Source: Paracoccus sp. (in: a-proteobacteria)
GTDB taxonomy: Bacteria > Pseudomonadota > Alphaproteobacteria > Rhodobacterales > Rhodobacteraceae
Length of the DNA stretch: 64,000 bases
Direction: 5' to 3'
Assembly: GCA_040392885.1 (NCBI GenBank)
Contig: JBEBVF010000001.1
Location: forward strand, 27,505-91,504
In this document: piece by piece, positions 37,797 to 49,010 of the stretch
How the letters are laid out: each line of letters begins with the position of its first letter
How positions within the stretch are numbered: the first letter of the stretch is position 1
The notes under the pieces: generated by a model
Databases searched by the model: none
Told to the model about the DNA's origin: nothing
What the model saw: only the letters and a program-made list of their open reading frames with translations
Position numbers and translations under genes: made by a program

Positions 37797-39014
37797 ATGC
37801 GCCTGGCGATCATCGTCACCGAATATCCCAAGACCACCGAGACCTTCATCCTGCGCGACGTGATGACCTTTCTGGCCGCCGGGACCGACCTGCGCCTCTA
37901 TCACCTGACCCCCTATCGCCGGACCGAGATCCTGCACGACTTCGCTGCCCCGACCCGGGGGCTGGCACGGCATGTCGGGCTGGCCGGCTGGCGCGGTATC
38001 GGCGCCGCGGCGCGCCGCCCCGGCCCGACGGCGGCCCGCGCCGCCCGGATCATCCGCGAGCAGGCGGCCGAGCCGCTGCTGATGGCGAAATCGCTGGCTT
38101 TGCTGCCGCAGGCCAGCGCCATTGCCGCCGAGCTGCGCGACTGGGGCGCCGATCACGTCCATGCCGAATTCGCCGGCCATCCGGCGACGGCGGCCTGGAT
38201 CGTCCATCACCTGACCGGCATTCCCTACAGCGTCAGCTGCCGCGCCCATGACATCTTCCGCACCCAGCGGCTGCTGGAGCAGAAGCTGGGCGATGCCGCC
38301 GTGGTGCGCACGGTCAGCGACTATGCCCGCGCCTTCCTGCTGGAGCGCGTGCCCGGCCTCGATCCCGCCAAGGTCGAGGTGATCCATTCCAGCCTCGACA
38401 TCGCCCATATTCCGCTGGAGGACCCGCCGCCGCAGGCGCCGTTCCACATCCTCTATGTCGGGGCCCTGCAGGTCAGGAAGGGCGTAGACGTGCTGCTGCG
38501 GGCGCTGGCCGGGCTGGCCATTCCCGACTGGCATTGCACAGTGGCCGGCGACGGGCCGGAACGCACCCGGCTGGAGGCGCTGGCCGCCGGCCTCGGCCTG
38601 GCGCAGCGGGTGCGTTTCCTCGGCAGGCAGGGCTTCGAGCACGTCGCCGGGCTCTATCGCGAGGCCAGCGTGATCGTCGCGCCCTCGGTGATCGGGCCGA
38701 AGGGGCGGACCGAGGGCATCCCCAATGTGATGATCGAGGCGCTGGCCTTCCGGCGCCCGGCGATCTCCACCACCGTTTCCGGCATCCCGGAACTGATCAT
38801 CGACGGGGTGACCGGGCGGCTGGTGGCGCCCGGTTCGGTCGAGGCGCTGCGCGCGGCCCTCGCGGCGGTCCATGCCGACCCCGCCGCCGCCTGGGCCATG
38901 GCCTGCGCCGGGCGGCGCCATGTCGAGGCCGGGTTCGACCTGCGCCGCAACGCCGCCCGGCAACTGGTGCTGTTCGAGGCCCATCGCGCCCCCGGCTTGC
39001 GGAGGGCGGGATGA
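37797..39014 (+). CDS. GT4 glycosyltransferase (WcaL-like)
   Basis: YPKTTETFI, HVHAEFA, VGALQVRKG, EGIPNVMIEALA. Confidence 0.9.
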   Translation: MRLAIIVTEYPKTTETFILRDVMTFLAAGTDLRLYHLTPYRRTEILHDFAAPTRGLARHVGLAGWRGIGAAARRPGPTAARAARIIREQAAEPLLMAKSLALLPQASAIAAELRDWGADHVHAEFAGHPATAAWIVHHLTGIPYSVSCRAHDIFRTQRLLEQKLGDAAVVRTVSDYARAFLLERVPGLDPAKVEVIHSSLDIAHIPLEDPPPQAPFHILYVGALQVRKGVDVLLRALAGLAIPDWHCTVAGDGPERTRLEALAAGLGLAQRVRFLGRQGFEHVAGLYREASVIVAPSVIGPKGRTEGIPNVMIEALAFRRPAISTTVSGIPELIIDGVTGRLVAPGSVEALRAALAAVHADPAAAWAMACAGRRHVEAGFDLRRNAARQLVLFEAHRAPGLRRAG

Positions 39015-40165
39015 GCCTCTTGCTGTTCTGGCTGCTGCTTTTCCTCGTCCTGTGGTCGCTTTTCGGCTATGGGCTGGTCTGGATGGGGCTGGCGCGGCTG
39101 TTCGGCCGCAGGGAGGCCCCCCTGCCCGAGACCCCGCTGCGCGTGACCATGCTGATCGCCGCGCGCAACGAGGCCGCGATCATCCGCCACAAGCTGGAAA
39201 CCGTGCTGGCGCAGGATACCGGGCCGCATCGCCTGGACATCCTGGTGATCTCGGACGGGTCCGAGGACGACACCCTCGCCCAGGCGCTGTCGCTGGGCGC
39301 GCCGGAGGTCGCCGCCTTCCAGACCGCGACCCATGGTGGCAAGGCGCGGGCACTCACGGCGGGGCTGGCGCGCATCACCGCCGATGTGGTGGTGTTTTCC
39401 GATGCCAACAGCCTGCTGGTGCCGGGGGCGCTGCGCCATCTGCTGCGCCCCTTTGCTCGCGCGCAGGTCGGCGGCACCTGTGGCCAGCCGCAGCCGCAGG
39501 CCGCGCGCGGCGGCTGGATCGCCCGCGTCGAGGCGCTGTTCTGGCGCTATGACAGCGGCCTGAAGGCGGCCGAAAGCGCGCTGGGCGGGGCGGTGTCGGC
39601 GCAGGGCACGCTTTACGCGATGCGCCGCGCGCTGGTGCCGGCGGTCATCCCCGACGCCATGGCCGATGATTTCTACATCTCTGCGCAGGCACCGGTGGCC
39701 GGCCGGCGGCTGGTTCTGGCGCCGCAGGCCGTCGCCATCGAGGCCGTCACCGCCCGCACCGGCGACGAGTTCATGCGCCGCGTGCGCTCGACCGAGCGGG
39801 GCTGGCGCGCACTCTGGGCGATGCGGGGCCTGATGAACCCGTTCCGGCACGGGCTCTATGCGCTGCAACTGATCTGCCACAAGCTGCTGCGGCGGCTGGT
39901 GGCGTTCCTGCTGCCGCTGCTGCTGGCGGTCAATATGCTGGTGGCGGCGGAAGGCTGGTTCCCGGCCGCCACGCTGGCGCTTCAGGTCGCGGTCTATCTG
40001 CTGGCGGCGGCGGCGATCCTGCTGCCGGGCGCGCGGCGCCTGCCGGGGGCGGGACAGGCGGCGTTCTTCGTGCTGGGCCATGTTGCCATGGCCTGGGGCA
40101 TCATCCGGGCGGGCCTCGGCGTGCGCTCCAGCCGCTGGGTGCCGGTGCGGGAGGACGCGCCATGA
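39011..40165 (+). CDS. GT2 glycosyltransferase (membrane, PgaC/HfsG-like)
   Basis: IAARNE, SDGSED, GKARAL, FSDANS, DDFY, RRVRS; N- and C-terminal TM segments. Confidence 0.9.
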   Translation: MSLLLFWLLLFLVLWSLFGYGLVWMGLARLFGRREAPLPETPLRVTMLIAARNEAAIIRHKLETVLAQDTGPHRLDILVISDGSEDDTLAQALSLGAPEVAAFQTATHGGKARALTAGLARITADVVVFSDANSLLVPGALRHLLRPFARAQVGGTCGQPQPQAARGGWIARVEALFWRYDSGLKAAESALGGAVSAQGTLYAMRRALVPAVIPDAMADDFYISAQAPVAGRRLVLAPQAVAIEAVTARTGDEFMRRVRSTERGWRALWAMRGLMNPFRHGLYALQLICHKLLRRLVAFLLPLLLAVNMLVAAEGWFPAATLALQVAVYLLAAAAILLPGARRLPGAGQAAFFVLGHVAMAWGIIRAGLGVRSSRWVPVREDAP

Positions 40166-41295
40166 GCCGGCTGCCGGAGACGCGGGTGCTGACCGACTGG
40201 CCGGCCTTCGAGGCGGTGGCGGGCGACTGGGCCGCGCTGCATGCGCGCGCGGGCGGCGCCCTCTATTCCTCGCATCACTGGCTGGCGGCGATGCAGGCTG
40301 CCTTCGGCCTGCCCGGCGCCATGGCCTTCGTCACCCTCTGGCAGGGCGGGCGCATGGTGGCGGCGGCGCCGATGGTGGCCCGGCCGGAACGGCTGTCCAA
40401 GCTGGCGCCGTTCTATCGCCCGCCGGTCCTGCGGCTGATGGCCTGCAAATATTCCGGCTTTGTCGAGATGCTGGCGGAGACCGACACCCTGCGCGCCCGC
40501 CTGGCCGAGGCGGTCCATGATGTGGCCGCCGGCCGGGTCATCGCGCTCGACCCGCTGAAGGCGGGCGCGGCCACCGACCAGATCCTGACCGTGCTGGGCG
40601 AATGCGGCCGCACCGTCACCCAGGCGCCGCGTTTCCGCAGCGTCACCATCCCGGCCCGCCGCACCAGCGCCGAGCATCTGGCAGGCCGCAAGGCCGGGTT
40701 CCGCAAGGGGCTGCGCAAGGCGCAGCGGCGGCTGGAGGCATCGGGTGGCCGTTTCGAGGAGGTGCGCCACCTCGACCCCGCCATGATGGCGCGCATCGAG
40801 GCGATCTCGGCGCGCTCGTGGAAAAGCGCGGCCGGCACCAGCCTTGCCGCCGATCCCGGCAATGCGCGCTTCCTGGCCGAGATCAGCACCCGGCTGGCGC
40901 CGGATGCCATGATCCTCAGCATCGACGGGGTGGACCGGGCCTTTGCCGCCTCGATCCGCTACGGCATGACGGATTACATGATCTGGACGGAATTCGACGA
41001 GACGGTGGCCGAGCTGTCGCCCGGCCGGCTGGTGGTATGGGAGCTGATCTGCTGCGTTCTGGACCGGCGCGACGACCGGGCGGTGCAGGATCTGGTGCGG
41101 CGCACGCATTTCACCGGCGAGATGGGCGACGAAGGCTATGCCCTGCTGGCGGCGCGGGCCATGCCGCGGCGGGGCGCTGCGCATCTGCTCGGCGCTGCCG
41201 AGGCGCGGCTGCGCGCCATCGCCGGCCACCGCCGTTTCGGCCGCCGCAAGGGGGTGCGGCGGGCCGATGTCAACATGCTGGAGGCGGAGGCGTGA
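40162..41295 (+). CDS. CelD/BcsL-type GNAT acyltransferase, copy 2
   Basis: LYSSHHWL, RKAGFRKGLRKAQRRL, FDETVAELSPGRL; Arg-rich C-terminus. Confidence 0.78.
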   Translation: MSRLPETRVLTDWPAFEAVAGDWAALHARAGGALYSSHHWLAAMQAAFGLPGAMAFVTLWQGGRMVAAAPMVARPERLSKLAPFYRPPVLRLMACKYSGFVEMLAETDTLRARLAEAVHDVAAGRVIALDPLKAGAATDQILTVLGECGRTVTQAPRFRSVTIPARRTSAEHLAGRKAGFRKGLRKAQRRLEASGGRFEEVRHLDPAMMARIEAISARSWKSAAGTSLAADPGNARFLAEISTRLAPDAMILSIDGVDRAFAASIRYGMTDYMIWTEFDETVAELSPGRLVVWELICCVLDRRDDRAVQDLVRRTHFTGEMGDEGYALLAARAMPRRGAAHLLGAAEARLRAIAGHRRFGRRKGVRRADVNMLEAEA

Positions 41296-42374
41296 GCGGG
41301 GGCGAGATCCGCGTCGACATCAGCCGGTCCCTGTCCGCTGCCGAGGCCGGGGAGGCCGCCGCCTTCCTGGAGGCCAGCCCCGCCGCCAGCCACCTGCAGC
41401 GCCCGGACTGGCCGGACTATCTCGATCCGGCGCCGCGGCACCGCTATCTGGTGCTGCGGGCGCGGGCGGGCGGGGCACTGGTCGGGTTGGCGCTGGCGCG
41501 GCTCGGCCGGCTGGCGCCGGGCTTTCACCTGGCCGTCCTGCGCCGCGGCCCGGTCACGCATGCGGTGGCCGACCTGGCGCGGGTGGTGCCGGCCATGGCG
41601 CAGGCGCTGCGCGGGGAGGGCGTCTGCTCGCTGGTCGTGAATCCGCGCTGGCAGGAGGCCGAGGCCGAGGCCGCCACCGCCCTGCTGGCCGGGCTCAGCG
41701 CGCAGGAGCTGCCGCGCGCCGGCCAGTCCATGCACCGCGCCACGCTGCTGGTCGACCTGTCGGGCACGCCCGAGGCGCTGACCGCGCGCCTCAAGCCGCG
41801 CTGCCGGCGCCAGATCAACCGCGCGGCCGCGCTCGGGCTGGAGGTGCGCCCGGCCGCCAGCCTCGACGAGGTGTTGGCCTTCGAGCCGGTGTTTCGCGAT
41901 TTCCACCGCCGGCGCGGTCTGGGCACCGAGGCGATTCCGCCGCCGGCGCAGCAATGGGCACTGACCCGGGATCGCGGCGCCTTGCTGCTGGGCTATTACC
42001 GGGGGCGGCCGGTCTGCGGCCATGGCATGCTGGCCGATGGCCCGCGCGCCACCTGGCTGTCCCTCGCCAGCGCCGAGGGCCTGCACGACCTGCCGCATGA
42101 CTATGCGCTGATCTGGCAGGCGCTGCTGGCCGCGCAGGCGCAGGGCCTGCGCTGGTTCGACATGGCCGGCGCGCCCAGCCGGCGCGATGCCGACCCGGCC
42201 GGCCCCGACCGGGGCCAGATGAACCGCCAGCAGTTCAAGACCGCCTTCGCTCCAGCCCATGTCGAGCTGGTGCCGATGATGGCGCTGGGGCTGCGCCAGC
42301 CTGCCCATGACCTGCTGTTCGGCCTGCGCCAGCACTATCGCGGCTGGAAGGCCGGGCGGAGGCCGCAGCCATGA
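41292..42374 (+). CDS. FemAB/FemX-like transferase
   Basis: HLQRPDW, LRRGPV, TLLVDL...LKPRCRRQINRA..LGLEVR, WQALLAA...G.RWFDMAG, QFKTAF; GTG start overlaps previous stop. Confidence 0.75.
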   Translation: MSGGEIRVDISRSLSAAEAGEAAAFLEASPAASHLQRPDWPDYLDPAPRHRYLVLRARAGGALVGLALARLGRLAPGFHLAVLRRGPVTHAVADLARVVPAMAQALRGEGVCSLVVNPRWQEAEAEAATALLAGLSAQELPRAGQSMHRATLLVDLSGTPEALTARLKPRCRRQINRAAALGLEVRPAASLDEVLAFEPVFRDFHRRRGLGTEAIPPPAQQWALTRDRGALLLGYYRGRPVCGHGMLADGPRATWLSLASAEGLHDLPHDYALIWQALLAAQAQGLRWFDMAGAPSRRDADPAGPDRGQMNRQQFKTAFAPAHVELVPMMALGLRQPAHDLLFGLRQHYRGWKAGRRPQP

Positions 42375-43291
42375 GCCGCCCGGTCCCGCTGTTCATCCTC
42401 GGCCTGCAACGCTCCGGCACCACCTTTGCCGCCAATCTGCTGGCCGCGCATCCACAGATCGCCGCCGTGGCCCATGCCCGCCATCGCGGCGTGCATGAAA
42501 GCGTGTTCTTCTCGCATTTCGCGCGGCTGTTCGGGGACTGGTCGGAGGCCGGGGCACGGGCCGCGGCGGTGGCGGCGTTCCTCGACAGCGACTATTTTCG
42601 CCTGACCGGGCTGGATGCCGCGGCCACCGGCGCGGCGATGCAGGCGGCGCAAACGCCCGGCGCGGCGTTCCGGCAGGTGATGGACACCCTGGCGCAGCAG
42701 GGCGGCCGCCGGGTCTGGATCGAGAAATCCCCCCATCACACGCTGCTGGCCGACGAGATCGCGGATATGCTGCCCGATGCGCATTTCCTGTGCATCGCCC
42801 GCGAGACGGCGGATTTCACCCGCTCGCGGCTCTGGGCCTATGGGCGGCAGCCGCCGCGCTATCCGGGGCGGGCGAGGGTGATCCTGCGCGCCTGCCTGTC
42901 GAACGCGTTCCACCAGCGCTTCATGGCCGGCCTGCCGGTGCGGATCGGGGCGGACCGGGTGCATGCCGTGGGCTATGCGGCGCTGGCACGCGACCCGGAT
43001 GCGGCACTGGCGCCGCTGCTGAGAGTGCTGGGGCTGGCGCCGCTGGCCGGGAGGCGGCCGGATTTCGCGGCCAATAGCAGCTTTGCCAGCGCGGCCAGCC
43101 GCGCCGCCGCGCTGGGGCGCAGCGACCGCGCGCTGATCGCCGCCGGGGCGGCGCTGGCCGGCGCCGTGCCGCAGCCGCTCCTTGCCGCCTTGCAGCGCCG
43201 GGCGGCGCGGCGGCGCCCCCGCGCGTTCCCCGCCTGGGTGCGCACCCCGGACATCTCCGGCCCCGCGCCGGGACAGGAGGGCAGCCGATGA
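42371..43291 (+). CDS. PAPS-dependent sulfotransferase
   Basis: LFILGLQRSGTT (5'-PSB loop), ESVFF, WIEKSP.H, R...D...S (3'-PB region). Confidence 0.85.
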   Translation: MSRPVPLFILGLQRSGTTFAANLLAAHPQIAAVAHARHRGVHESVFFSHFARLFGDWSEAGARAAAVAAFLDSDYFRLTGLDAAATGAAMQAAQTPGAAFRQVMDTLAQQGGRRVWIEKSPHHTLLADEIADMLPDAHFLCIARETADFTRSRLWAYGRQPPRYPGRARVILRACLSNAFHQRFMAGLPVRIGADRVHAVGYAALARDPDAALAPLLRVLGLAPLAGRRPDFAANSSFASAASRAAALGRSDRALIAAGAALAGAVPQPLLAALQRRAARRRPRAFPAWVRTPDISGPAPGQEGSR

Positions 43292-44406
43292 CCCCGCCAC
43301 CCCGCCCGCGCCCGCTGCGGATCGAACGGATCACCGCCATCGCGGATCTCGACGCCCTGGCGGCGCCCCTGGCCGAGCTGGCCGGGGCGGCGGATGCGCT
43401 GGTCTTCAGCCATCCGGCCTTTTTCCTGCCCTGGAGCCGCGCGGCCATCGCCAATGGCCAGCGTCCGGACTGCCTGGCCCTCTATTCCGGCACCACGCTG
43501 TGCGGTTTCCTGCCGTTCTTCGCCCGCCGCGACCGGCATGCGCTGCTGGGGCGCGTGCTGGGGCCGCCGCGCTATGGCTCGTCACCGCCTTTCGACCTGC
43601 TGCTGGCCGGGGTGGACGAGACAGCCGCCATCGCCGCGCTGGGCGCCGAGGTCCGGCGCCATTCATGGATCGGGCAGGACATCCGCGCGGATGTGGCCGG
43701 CTCGCGCCTCGGCGCGGGCTGGGCGGACTGGTTCGCCGGCCGGGGCCATGCCGTGGAGCGGGCTGCCGGGCCGGGTTACTACCTGGTCCGCAATGCCGGC
43801 AGCGTGGCACAGTTCAAGGCCGCCCTGCCGGGCCGGCAGCGCCGCGAATGCGAACGGCACCTGCGGCGGCTGGCCGGAATCGGCGGTTTCCGGCTGGTCC
43901 GTTCGGGCGATGCGGTCGGCGGGGCGCTGGAGGCGATGCAGGGCATCGTCATGCAAAGCTGGAAGGGCAGCGCCGAGATGGCCCGCCGCGGCTGGACCAT
44001 GCTGCATTCCGTGGCGCTGTCGATGGCCGAGGCCGGCATGCTGCGCCTGTGGCTGGTCGAGGTCGAGGCGCGGCCCATCGCCTATCTGATGGAATTCGAG
44101 GACCGCCACCGCCATCGCCACGCCTTCCACAACGCCCAGGTCGAGGCCGACGACCATCTCGGCCCCGGCAAGTCGGTGATCTATACCAGCCTGTGCGCCG
44201 CGCAGGAGGAGGGCGTTCCGGTCTATGAGTTCTGGGGCTATCGCGACTATCTGCGCAGGTTCTCGAACGGGATTCGCGAGACCCGCTCGGTCCGCATCGA
44301 CAATCCGGGGTTGCTGCAACGGCTGCAACGCAGCCTGCTCCCCGCCCGGCGCGCGGGCGGCGCCGATGCCGTGGGGACCGGGGGGGACGGCCCGTGCGCC
44401 GGTTGA
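43288..44406 (+). CDS. CelD/BcsL-type GNAT acyltransferase, copy 3
   Basis: VFSHPAFFLPW, RQRRECERHLRRL, LWLVEVEARPIAY, HLGPGKSV, YEF.G. Confidence 0.78.
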   Translation: MTPPPRPRPLRIERITAIADLDALAAPLAELAGAADALVFSHPAFFLPWSRAAIANGQRPDCLALYSGTTLCGFLPFFARRDRHALLGRVLGPPRYGSSPPFDLLLAGVDETAAIAALGAEVRRHSWIGQDIRADVAGSRLGAGWADWFAGRGHAVERAAGPGYYLVRNAGSVAQFKAALPGRQRRECERHLRRLAGIGGFRLVRSGDAVGGALEAMQGIVMQSWKGSAEMARRGWTMLHSVALSMAEAGMLRLWLVEVEARPIAYLMEFEDRHRHRHAFHNAQVEADDHLGPGKSVIYTSLCAAQEEGVPVYEFWGYRDYLRRFSNGIRETRSVRIDNPGLLQRLQRSLLPARRAGGADAVGTGGDGPCAG

Positions 44407-44659
44407 TTTGTTTCCCGGCCCCTTGATCCGGCGATGAAGGGTTGCGGCCCCGGCGCGGCGCGGGCGTTCTTGCCTGTTCACCGCCGCCACCCGGGGAGTT
44501 CAACAAGGGGCTTCGGGGGGACCTTTATCATCGTCAGCCCAACCCGATATTCGGAGCGGGGCCGAGGGCTTCCGGAGCCGCAAAGATGGCCACCGTGCTC
44601 CGGTCGTCTCACCCACTCTCCCGAGTACGGCCAGAGAGGCCGCCCGATGGACGCCGCGC

Positions 44660-45202
44660 CTACGGGGCCCGCAGGCTCTCGGCCATGAAGTCGGCGCGCG
44701 CCTCGATCCCCGCCAGCGGCAGTTCGATAATCTGGTAGCCGAGCCGGGCATAGGTCTCGGCCATGACCTTGCCGGTCGCCTCGGCCTCGTGCCGATCCTG
44801 CCTGCGCTCGGCATCCTGCGTGAAGATGGCGTCCCAATAGGGGGCGAGGAAGACCCGCCTGTTGTAGCGGCAAAGCCTCGCCGCCGCCTCGACATGGGCC
44901 GGAACGGGCAGGCCGCAAAGCGTGAGATAGCCGACCACGTCGGGAATGCCGCGATCCATCAGGACCGGCGCGCCACTGGCCCGGGCCTCGTGCCAGGACC
45001 GCAGTTCCCAGCCCAGCATCAACTCGGCGAACATGGCCCGATCCGCCCAGGGCCGGGCCGGGCCGCCGATCCTGACCTGATCCCGGATGATCGCCCGCCC
45101 GGCCTCGGGCATCGTGCGAAAGCCGCGCCGGGCCATGGCGTCGATCACGCTGCTTTTGCCGGAACCGGGACCGCCGGTCACGACGAACATTGGTTCACAC
45201 AT
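44660..45202 (-). CDS. Small P-loop ATPase (AAA_28/NadR-like)
   Basis: FVVTGGPGSGKSS, EAGRAII, DRGIPD, YTQD-like IFTQDAER. Confidence 0.85.
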   Translation of the reverse strand: MCEPMFVVTGGPGSGKSSVIDAMARRGFRTMPEAGRAIIRDQVRIGGPARPWADRAMFAELMLGWELRSWHEARASGAPVLMDRGIPDVVGYLTLCGLPVPAHVEAAARLCRYNRRVFLAPYWDAIFTQDAERRQDRHEAEATGKVMAETYARLGYQIIELPLAGIEARADFMAESLRAP

Positions 45203-45578
45203 GTGCCATCCTCGCATTTCTCCATGAAGGGATAGGCGCCGGATGCCCGGATTCCGGGCGGGCATGGTCAATACGCCCGAACAGGCCCAGCCATCCAAAC
45301 GGATAACGGCAGCGGCCCTGCCCCGGAGGCCGGCGTCGCAGGCGACCAGCGGGCGCGCCATGCCCACATTGAGACCTGCCAGAAAGCTCCCTGTCTTTCC
45401 GGCAAGAGGCCCTCCGGCGCAACGTCCGGGCCTCTGCTGGACCTCGTGGCCGCACCCGAACGCGAAGACCTGGCGTCAAGTCTCGCACCGGCCGAAAATC
45501 TGACGGCCGATTGCTCATGTCGCATCGCCGATGGCGGCAGGAGCGATTACCTTGCATCTGCGACCAACGGAGGCCGAG

Positions 45579-46229
45579 ATGAGCGGTGGCATCGACAGAC
45601 CCTGGAACGACGTGCTGACGTTCTGGTTCCCCGAAGGACACGACCTGAACATCGCCCCGGACCGCCACCGCGCATATTGGCGCTGGCGTCTGCATGGCGG
45701 CGCCGATGCCGAAATCATCGGGCGTTTCGCCGATGTGACCGAGAGGGCCGCGACAGGCCAGCTCGACCATTGGGCAGGATGCGCGGCGGGGAGGCTGGCG
45801 CTCATCATCCTTCTCGACCAGTTCTCGCGCTCGCTCTGGCGCGATACGCCCCGCGCCTTTGCGCAGGACAAGGCCGCACTGGCGCTGGCGCTGGAGGGGC
45901 TGGCGAACGGCGCCTATGACGCCATGCCGACGCCCTGGCACAGGATCACCTTCACCCAGCCGCTGGGCCACGCCGAGGGGCCCGACCATCTCGCCCGCAT
46001 CGACCGGCTGATCGCCCTGCGCGAGACCGTCGCCGCCTCCGCGCCGTTGCCGCTGCAACCGATCTACCAGACCCTGGTTCAGCAGGCCCGCAAGGTGCGC
46101 GACATCATCGCCCGCTTCGGCCGCCATCCCCATCGCGACGCCATCCTGGGCCGCGGGCCCCTGTCAGCGGAAAAGGCCGACTCCACCACTACGGCCCCGC
46201 CGCATCTGGATCTTTTCCAGGAGCCATGA
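45579..46229 (+). CDS. DUF924 family protein
   Basis: VLTFWF, LALIILLDQFSR, AFAQD, PLGHAE, IIARFGRHPHR...LGR. Confidence 0.88.
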   Translation: MSGGIDRPWNDVLTFWFPEGHDLNIAPDRHRAYWRWRLHGGADAEIIGRFADVTERAATGQLDHWAGCAAGRLALIILLDQFSRSLWRDTPRAFAQDKAALALALEGLANGAYDAMPTPWHRITFTQPLGHAEGPDHLARIDRLIALRETVAASAPLPLQPIYQTLVQQARKVRDIIARFGRHPHRDAILGRGPLSAEKADSTTTAPPHLDLFQEP

Positions 46230-46483
46230 ACCTCGGGATGATATCCGAACCCCCGAAAGCAAGGGAGAGATACAGCGCAGCGCGTGGCGCCCCCCCCCGA
46301 CCCCGATTGCCGGCGCTTCCGGCTAGAAGCAAGCGCGAACCCGGATCGCGCTATCGTCACGATGATCCGGAAAGCTGCTGGCACCTTACCGCCGGACCAA
46401 GCCGCATCGGATGAAAGCCACCCCATCAGCCTCATGCCCACCTCGATCCCGTCGGGATGCCGGAACCGGAAAATCGATCGGTC

Positions 46484-48031
<1,548 letters not shown>

Positions 48032-48317
48032 TTACGATGCCTTTGCCGGCTTCAGGATGATCCAGCCATCAGTTCCGGAAACCGATGGATGAAGCCCGAC
48101 GATGGCTCGCTCCGACTTTCCAGTCTCCCGCCCGTTATGGCTTGTCAATGTTCCAACACGCCGACATCCGCGCCTTGATGACGCACCTGCCGGCCACTCG
48201 ACGGCCCTGGCGATGTGGGGGGGCCGCTTGCGCATCGTGGCGACGGCGCAGATCGAGACGGTGGCGGCGGTGCTGGGCCATGACCGCGCGGCGGCCCGCA
48301 AGCGGCTGGAACGCATC

Positions 48318-48650
48318 GAGCCGATCATCCTCAATCCCGAAGGCGCCCTGGCCGGCCTGACCGTCGTCGATCAGGCCGGCCCGAGGCCCTGGTGCCCCCG
48401 GATCGAGCCGCCGAATGGCTGGGCGTGCATCACCTCACCGATCTGGGCGTGGACGGGCTGGCCCGGGCCTTGGCGGCGCGGCTGGATGTGCCGGTAGTGT
48501 TGGGCACCGTCAGCCGGCTGATTCTGGACGTGAACCGCTGGCTAGACGATCCGCGCTCGATCCTGGCGCAGGTCAAGGGGCGGGATCTGATCGGGAATAC
48601 CCTCGATGCCGAAGCCCGGCTGGCCCGGCCGCGGCCCCTGGAACAAGCTG
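48318..48650 (+). pseudogene. Frameshifted, truncated N-formylglutamate amidohydrolase
   Basis: EPIILNPEG...VVDQAG in one frame, then HHLTDLGV...SRLILDVNRWLDDPRSI in another; similarity ends near 48650. Confidence 0.7.
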
Positions 48651-49010
48651 CGCGACCGCTCCGGCCTCTGAGGGGGCGATGCAGAATCGGCGCCGCGTCA
48701 GGATCGTACCCGCCATTACTTCTGTCGCTGGTTGTTGGACCCTTGGTTCAGATCATTTCGCCGTGGGCCCGTTCCTTCTCGCCGCTTGGGTCTTCCGTAC
48801 CCGAAAAGGCAAGACCGCGCTGACAACACCAACAGCTGATAACGGACTTCCACCCTTCAATCCAGAAATCCGCGGGGTCGGAGGGTTTTCCTCGAAGAAT
48901 GGATCACCTCTCTTGCTATCCGCAGATCAACCTCGCGAGTGTTTCAGGGAACCGCTCGTAGCCCACTGCCGGCCACAGATGGAAGTGGAAGCAGATATTC
49001 CGGTATTGTG

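Noticed and set aside
23184-44406. Cellulose synthase or PEP-CTERM/exosortase system
   Set aside because: No BcsA/BcsB, exosortase or PEP-CTERM gene seen; the core genes are Wzx/Wzy type
44407-44659. Small gene or RNA between the EPS locus and the ATPase gene
   Set aside because: No RBS-linked ORF with motifs and no convincing structure or repeats
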